Origin: Candidatus Latescibacterota bacterium
GTDB taxonomy: Bacteria; Latescibacterota; UBA2968; SICM01
Direction of reading: 5' to 3'
Length of the DNA: 64,000 bases
NCBI GenBank assembly: GCA_965217865.1
Contig: CBDCJO010000002.1
Location: 5,376,001-5,440,000, forward strand
Every line of letters starts with the position of its first letter. Within the stretch, counting starts at the first letter, position 1. Positions 58,653-64,000 of the stretch are shown in pieces. The notes below the pieces were generated by a model, which searched no databases, had not been told where the DNA came from, and saw only the letters and a program-made list of their open reading frames with translations. The translations under genes were made by a program, and so were the position numbers.

Positions 58653-59432
58653 ATGACCGATCAGCCCGATTTGCCTTCCCCCGACATCTCCCTCCCCATC
58701 CACGGCCCGGGGTTCGCACGGCCAGATCCCGGGTTGATCCGGAAGCTCCAGAGCGTGAGCAGCGCCACGGCCAGCGCCGTACTGCACAAATTGGGCTTGC
58801 GCCAGGCCTTCATCCAGGGGCCTCTCCCCCGAAAACCCGGGTCGAAGGTTGTCGGGCCGGCCGTAACTCTTCAGTTTATGCCGCAGCGGGAGGATATCGT
58901 ATCCGGTCTTGGTCAGGAACAGTCGGAAAAGGGCGGCGCTCTCTGGGCGGTGTTTGAATCCGTCGAAAAGGGCGATGTCCTGGTGGTCCAGGCTTACGGT
59001 GACGTGTACACGGGTTGTGTCGGGGAGATGCTCACCACCTATTTCAAAGGACGCGGAGGCATTGGGATGGTGGTGGACGGCTGCATCCGCGATTGGTCGA
59101 GGATCCAGGGGATGGGTTTACCCGTTTGGACCCGTGGATTTACGCCCAACTACGCCTCCCAGGCGACCCTCTTTCCATGGGGATTCAACATACCCATCGC
59201 CTGCAGCCGGGTCCTGGTTCTTCCGGGAGATATCATCATCGCGGACGACGATGGTGCCGTGATGGTTCCGTTCAAAATGGCCGCCGCGGTCATCGAAGAA
59301 ACCCTTGAACACGAGGACTGGGAGGCCTTCAGTCGCATCAAGCTGAGCGAGGGAGGTGCGCTTCAGAAGTACTACCCCCTGAACGCGGAAGGCCAGCGGG
59401 AGTACGAAGCGTGGCGAAGGGAAAATCAATGA
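58653..59432 (+). CDS. RraA-like / HMG aldolase family protein
   Basis: VGPAVTLQFMPQRED, VGEML, VVDGCIRD, VLPGDIIIADDDGAV. Confidence 0.85.
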   Translation: MTDQPDLPSPDISLPIHGPGFARPDPGLIRKLQSVSSATASAVLHKLGLRQAFIQGPLPRKPGSKVVGPAVTLQFMPQREDIVSGLGQEQSEKGGALWAVFESVEKGDVLVVQAYGDVYTGCVGEMLTTYFKGRGGIGMVVDGCIRDWSRIQGMGLPVWTRGFTPNYASQATLFPWGFNIPIACSRVLVLPGDIIIADDDGAVMVPFKMAAAVIEETLEHEDWEAFSRIKLSEGGALQKYYPLNAEGQREYEAWRRENQ

Positions 59433-59492
59433 AAAGCCTAAAAACCAATCAAGAATAGGTTTCACCTTTGCCAGGTCCCAGATTGTTGTCCA

Positions 59493-60200
59493 ATGATGAA
59501 AAGAATGATCTCCCCTGATCACCGTGATCGACTTGCAGGTTTATTTTCGAGTCACAAACGATATCGTGTGATCATCGATGCTGTGCTTGAACAGGGTTAT
59601 GGAACCGCAATCGCAGACTCCGAAAACGGACCGGAAGTTGGGCTGGTGCAATTAGGGGCGTTTACAATTCTTGGAGGACGGCCCGATCATCCGTTTACTC
59701 ACGATCTCATCCGGGATCTGTCCCATACAATGATTATACCGGAGTCGGGCGCCTGGAGCGATATCGTAATCAAAATCCACGGGACAAAACTGAAAAAGCA
59801 AAGGTGGGTCGGTTTTAGCTTTGAAAAGCTGAACCACGAACACCTGTGTGGCCTGAAGCAGCACGTACCTGAAGGTTATCGGATTCAACGCATCGATTTG
59901 AAACTGGCGTCGCGGGCAATGGTCGTCTGTGGAGCACGTTCTTACACGCATACTCGCAAATCGATTGAAATCGCCATCATGACCGTCCCCGATCACCAGG
60001 GGAAGGGGTTGGCGACCGCGACCGGCGCATCGCTTGCTGCTCATTGCCTGGATACGGGCATCGAGCCTCACTGGAACGCCGAAAACCCCATCTCCGTGAA
60101 GCTTGCGGAGAAACTCGGATACATCCCGAATGACGAGTTTGAAGTATTCAACCTGTTCCCTTCTGAGCCTGACCCGAGTCTATCATATAAAAAACCTTGA
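59493..60200 (+). CDS. GNAT family acetyltransferase (probable in-frame internal deletion near 59915)
   Basis: EIAIMTVPDHQGKGLAT, PHWNAENPISVKLAEKLGY; RIDLKLASR joins directly to VVCGARSY. Confidence 0.7.
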   Translation: MMKRMISPDHRDRLAGLFSSHKRYRVIIDAVLEQGYGTAIADSENGPEVGLVQLGAFTILGGRPDHPFTHDLIRDLSHTMIIPESGAWSDIVIKIHGTKLKKQRWVGFSFEKLNHEHLCGLKQHVPEGYRIQRIDLKLASRAMVVCGARSYTHTRKSIEIAIMTVPDHQGKGLATATGASLAAHCLDTGIEPHWNAENPISVKLAEKLGYIPNDEFEVFNLFPSEPDPSLSYKKP

Positions 60201-60239
60201 GGTTCCCGATTTAGGAACCGCTGATAATATCCGATCAAA

Positions 60240-61727
60240 ATGGATCTCCTCCTCTACAACCCGCGAAGCGCGTCCTCCAAGCACCGCGTCCCGATGTCCC
60301 TTCTGGCACTTGGTTCGGCCCTCGAGGGACAATGCGATTATAGAATCCTGGACGGAAATTTCCTCTCAGACGCCGTCACACAGATTGCGAAGTTAATTTC
60401 AAGGGATAGACCCAGGATTCTGGGAATCACCGTTATGCCCGGACCTCAGCTTCAGGAGGCAATTCCCTTAACCCGGGAATTGCGCAGATCTTTCCCGGAC
60501 CTGAGAATCGTCTGGGGAGGATATTTCCCCTCAAATCACCCCGATGTCGTACTCCGGTCCGGGTGGGTTGACTTCATCGTACGAGGTCCGTCGGAAGTCT
60601 CATTCAAAGAACTCGTAAACGCACTTCTGGCCGAAGGAGATTATCGGGCCATTCCCGGGCTTTCCTACACGGACGGTGACCGACCGGTCCACAATCCTTC
60701 ACGAAAACCGTTGACCCACCCGGACACGGTGCCTCCCTGGCCCTACCATCGGCTCGGGAATATTGAGAAATACCTCGGGCGCTCTTTCCTGGGTGAACGG
60801 ACGAGCTCCATGCACACCAGCTACGGCTGTCCCTTCAAATGCAGTTTCTGCGCTGTGGTTCCTATCTATGAGGGGGGATGGATCGGACGGAGCGCCGGGC
60901 TTGTGGCAGATGATGTCGAATACGTCTCCCGATCATTTGGCGTTGACGCAATCCAATTCTGCGACAATAATTTCTTTACTTCTCATAAAAGGGTATATGA
61001 ATTTTCCCAGGAGGTCCTGAATCGCGGTCTTCGAGTATCCTGGTGGGGGGAGGGACGGCCCGATACCCTCTTGAATTACCCTGACGAGGTCCTTTCGACC
61101 ATGCGGCGCGCCGGATGCCGGATGATCTTTCTCGGTGCGGAGTCAGGTTCCCCGGTAAGACTTCGCCAGATGAACAAAGGCGGAACACAGACTGGGGAAA
61201 CGGTCATAAAACTGGCGGATCGGTTTCGTCGCCACGGGATTATTCCCGAATTTTCCTTTGTACTCGGAGGGCCGGCTTCCGATGTGGACGCTGAGATCGA
61301 AAGTGAGTTTCAGTTTATCCGGGAAGTCAAACGCTGTAATCCAGATTCCGAGATCATACTCTACCTCTATGCGCCTGTACCGACGATGGGCTCCGATCTG
61401 TTCCATTCCGCTGCTCAGGAGGGTTTCTTTTTTCCCGATCGTCTCGAAGACTGGCTGCAACCTGAATGGCGGGATCTCGACCTTCGAAGGAGTCCGCAGA
61501 CCCCATGGCTTAAACCTCGCCACGTCGAAAAAATAGCCCGTTTCGAATCCGTCCTCAACGCAGCCTACCCAACGGTTTCGGATGTCCGCCTCAAGCCCTC
61601 GCAACGCCGATTTCTGAAGTCCCTGGGTTCCTGGCGATATGCGACAGAGACCTACCGCCACCCCTACGAGATCCGACTGTTTCACCGCATCTTCCGCTAT
61701 CGCCAACCGGAACGAGAGGGGTTCTAA
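60240..61727 (+). CDS. B12-binding radical SAM protein (second paralog)
   Basis: PMSLLAL, VWGGYFPS, GCPFKCSFC, DNNFF, LGAESGS. Confidence 0.92.
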   Translation: MDLLLYNPRSASSKHRVPMSLLALGSALEGQCDYRILDGNFLSDAVTQIAKLISRDRPRILGITVMPGPQLQEAIPLTRELRRSFPDLRIVWGGYFPSNHPDVVLRSGWVDFIVRGPSEVSFKELVNALLAEGDYRAIPGLSYTDGDRPVHNPSRKPLTHPDTVPPWPYHRLGNIEKYLGRSFLGERTSSMHTSYGCPFKCSFCAVVPIYEGGWIGRSAGLVADDVEYVSRSFGVDAIQFCDNNFFTSHKRVYEFSQEVLNRGLRVSWWGEGRPDTLLNYPDEVLSTMRRAGCRMIFLGAESGSPVRLRQMNKGGTQTGETVIKLADRFRRHGIIPEFSFVLGGPASDVDAEIESEFQFIREVKRCNPDSEIILYLYAPVPTMGSDLFHSAAQEGFFFPDRLEDWLQPEWRDLDLRRSPQTPWLKPRHVEKIARFESVLNAAYPTVSDVRLKPSQRRFLKSLGSWRYATETYRHPYEIRLFHRIFRYRQPEREGF

Positions 61728-62110
61728 GGGAGGAAATTGCAAAGTGAAAAATAGAAAATGGAAAGTGACAATTTAACGGCAGATCACAGCTGATCGAAGC
61801 GAAACCCGCGATAGTAACGCGCTAGTTCAGGGAATCATAAATCATCATGAACACACCTGAGCGGAAGTCCGCGTTTTTTTCCGGACTGGAGTCGAAGGGT
61901 CCGGGGTAGGCATACGACATTCAACCGAACCCTCTCCCGGCACCCGGGAGAGGGGTGCCGAGCATTGCGAGGCGGGGTGAGGGAGCACGACGGCGTTCCA
62001 AATTTCATAGCGCCTTCCGGATCGAGGTGGTTGCGACTGAGCAGAAGCAAAGCCCTCGAATAGAAAACGCTCAACGCACACCTTTTAATATTTCATTTTT
62101 CATTTTCCCA
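61728..62110. repeat. Intergenic mosaic of heptamer tract and REP/MITE-like elements
   Basis: 24-bp identity to 380-403; cctgagcgga...gtcgaagg (61856-61899); ccctctccc...gggagagggg...gcgaggcggggtgaggg. Confidence 0.7.
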
Positions 62111-62132
62111 CCAATCACAAAGAGATCTTACC

Positions 62133-63260
62133 ATGAAAATAAAAGATATAAAGGCCTTCCCCCTGGCTTATCCGGAACCGCATTACCAAAACATCGAGAG
62201 ATACATTACCCTTGCGCGTGTTGAGTCCGAAAACGGTCTGGTTGGCTGGGGAGAGAGCATCTCTCAATTCCGCGAGTCCGCCCTGGCCACCAAGGTCATC
62301 ATCGAACGGGGTTTTGCCCCTTTATTGATCGGTCAGGACTGCCTGAATGTCGATGGGCTATGGCGAAAAATGCTGGACCACATATGGTGGTACGGCCAGG
62401 AGGGAATCGCGGCCTTTGGCGTGAGCGCAGTGGACATGGCCCTTTGGGATCTTAAGGGGGTGGCTCAGGAAACCCCCGTATGCGACATTATTGGAGGACG
62501 GCTGCACGACAAGGTATTGGTTATGGGTTCGATCATCTTCGATATGGAAAACGTCGACGGAACCGTCGATGAATTCCGGTGGATGCGGGATCAGGGATAC
62601 CGGGTTGTCAAAGCCGGTTGGGGTATGAAGCGGGAGGCACTTTTCGGACAGGACCGTAAGCGAGATATCGAAATGGTGCGAAGAATTCGGGAAGCCATCG
62701 GAGATGACCTGGAACTCGTCGTGGACACGCCAGGCCATCTGGGCTTATGGAACGTTCCCACCGCGATTCAGCGGTTTCAAGACCTCGAACCCTACCGGCT
62801 TAAATGGATCGAACAACCCCTTCCCCCTCACGATCTTGAGGGTCATGCCCGATTGCGGGCCTCTGTCTCCACGGCCATCGGGACCGGGGAGGACGAGTGG
62901 AACGTCGAGAGTTACAGCCGACTTATCCGATCAGGAGGCGTGGACGTGGTTCAGATGGATCCGGGTCGCTGCCACGGGATTTCCGGCTGCCGGAGAATAA
63001 TAAATCTGATTGAGGCGGAAAACCTGGGATGGAGTGCCCACACGTGGAGCAGCGCCCTCAACACGGCTGCAAGCATCCACCTGATGGCGACATCGACGCA
63101 CGGTGTGGTCAAGGATTTCAAGCCTCACGAATCGCCCCCTCAGCACGAACTGGTAAGCGACCCTTGGGTGCAGGATGGCGGTTATCTCTCCGTGCGAGAC
63201 ACACCCGGCCTCGGGGTCCAGGTTCAGGAGGATATCGTCAAAAAGTACCTGTTTGAATAA
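62133..63260 (+). CDS. Mandelate racemase/muconate lactonizing enzyme family protein
   Basis: SAVDMALWDLKG, WIEQP, GTGEDE, QMDPG, PGLGV. Confidence 0.92.
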   Translation: MKIKDIKAFPLAYPEPHYQNIERYITLARVESENGLVGWGESISQFRESALATKVIIERGFAPLLIGQDCLNVDGLWRKMLDHIWWYGQEGIAAFGVSAVDMALWDLKGVAQETPVCDIIGGRLHDKVLVMGSIIFDMENVDGTVDEFRWMRDQGYRVVKAGWGMKREALFGQDRKRDIEMVRRIREAIGDDLELVVDTPGHLGLWNVPTAIQRFQDLEPYRLKWIEQPLPPHDLEGHARLRASVSTAIGTGEDEWNVESYSRLIRSGGVDVVQMDPGRCHGISGCRRIINLIEAENLGWSAHTWSSALNTAASIHLMATSTHGVVKDFKPHESPPQHELVSDPWVQDGGYLSVRDTPGLGVQVQEDIVKKYLFE

Positions 63261-63341
63261 GAGAATCGAATTGCGGTTGTGAACAAAGGGCAGGGGATTA
63301 GGGGTTGGGGCATCCCCCGCCTTTTTACGATCGAGTAAAGG

Positions 63342-64000
63342 ATGAAACAATATCCATCCCGACGTGCATTGATCACAGGAGGGGCCAGCGGTTTCGGACT
63401 GGGTACGGCCAAGGCCCTCCTGGCACAAGGTGCTCAGGTTGCCATCGCCGACATCGATTCCGAAAGGTTGGAAAAGGCCGCTCGGGGATTGGACGCTAAG
63501 AACCTGCTCACTCTGGATCTGGACGTGACCTCGAAGGCCTCTGTTGAGGCTGCCGTTGACGCGTGCCGCGCCTCATTTGGGGGTCTGGATACCCTGGTCA
63601 ATTCTGCGGGGGTAATCCATTTCGCCCCCCTGGAGCAGATAACGGAGAAGGATTGGGACCGCGTGATCGACGTCGATCTGAAGGGCGTCTTTTTGTGCAG
63701 CCAAGCGGTCGCTCCCCTCCTCCGAAAAAGCGGCCAACGGGGTCGAATCGTCAACATCGGGTCGGACGCTTCGAAGATCGGATGGCCGCAAATCGCCCCA
63801 TACTGCGCTGCGAAGTCTGCGGTTGTTGGCCTGACAAAATCTCTTGCCGGCGAGTTGGCCGCGGACGGGGTCACCGTAAACTGCGTCTGTCCTGTTGGGG
63901 TTTCGACGACCAAAATGGGAGGGGATGTTTTGAAATGGAAGATCGGAACGACAGGCGAGACACCGGAAAAGATCCTGGCTTCCACAGCAGAAGGGATTCC
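63342..64000 (+). CDS. SDR family oxidoreductase (runs off window end)
   Basis: ITGGASGFG, VNSAG, YCAAK, VNCVCP. Confidence 0.9.
   Translation, partial: MKQYPSRRALITGGASGFGLGTAKALLAQGAQVAIADIDSERLEKAARGLDAKNLLTLDLDVTSKASVEAAVDACRASFGGLDTLVNSAGVIHFAPLEQITEKDWDRVIDVDLKGVFLCSQAVAPLLRKSGQRGRIVNIGSDASKIGWPQIAPYCAAKSAVVGLTKSLAGELAADGVTVNCVCPVGVSTTKMGGDVLKWKIGTTGETPEKILASTAEGI

Noticed and set aside
1-64000. tRNA, rRNA or tmRNA genes and additional dif sites
   Set aside because: No cloverleaf or rRNA signatures and no second convincing XerD arm seen by eye; tRNAscan/Infernal and a PWM scan would be decisive.

Overview
64-kb chromosomal segment of a flagellated, diderm, probably anaerobic bacterium, inferred to be FCB-superphylum (Latescibacterota-like) from the FlgD-Ig 'YPNPFNP' C-terminal domain protein, DUF4954 and the rbfA-truB-ribF-rpsO-pnp order. 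An intact housekeeping block (DUF512-der-merR-rimP-nusA-infB-rbfA-truB-ribF-rpsO-pnp-M16 peptidase-asnS, 27.2-44.1 kb) is surrounded by accessory loci: sugar and amino-sugar catabolism, betaine synthesis and uptake, a dedicated exosortase operon with one cognate target carrying a variant IPTL-like signal, an orphan flagellin and orphan fliG, a porin / 14-heme cytochrome / cytochrome lipoprotein operon, and two B12-radical SAM enzymes with a methyltransferase. The main signals not covered by the ORF track are: (1) a near-canonical XerC/D dif site at 44679-44706; (2) a recurring sigma28-type motif (TCAA-N15-[G/T]CCGA) upstream of the exosortase operon, the cohesin/FlgD-Ig protein, fliG and (weaker) flagellin, two of them also preceded by sigma54 motifs; (3) about 17 accessory genes broken by internal deletions or indels while the core genes are intact, which suggests ongoing genome erosion; (4) remnants of Y1 transposases with REP-like elements and dispersed heptamer tracts. 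No tRNA, rRNA or CRISPR array was found. All calls come from reading the sequence by eye; no database search was run.
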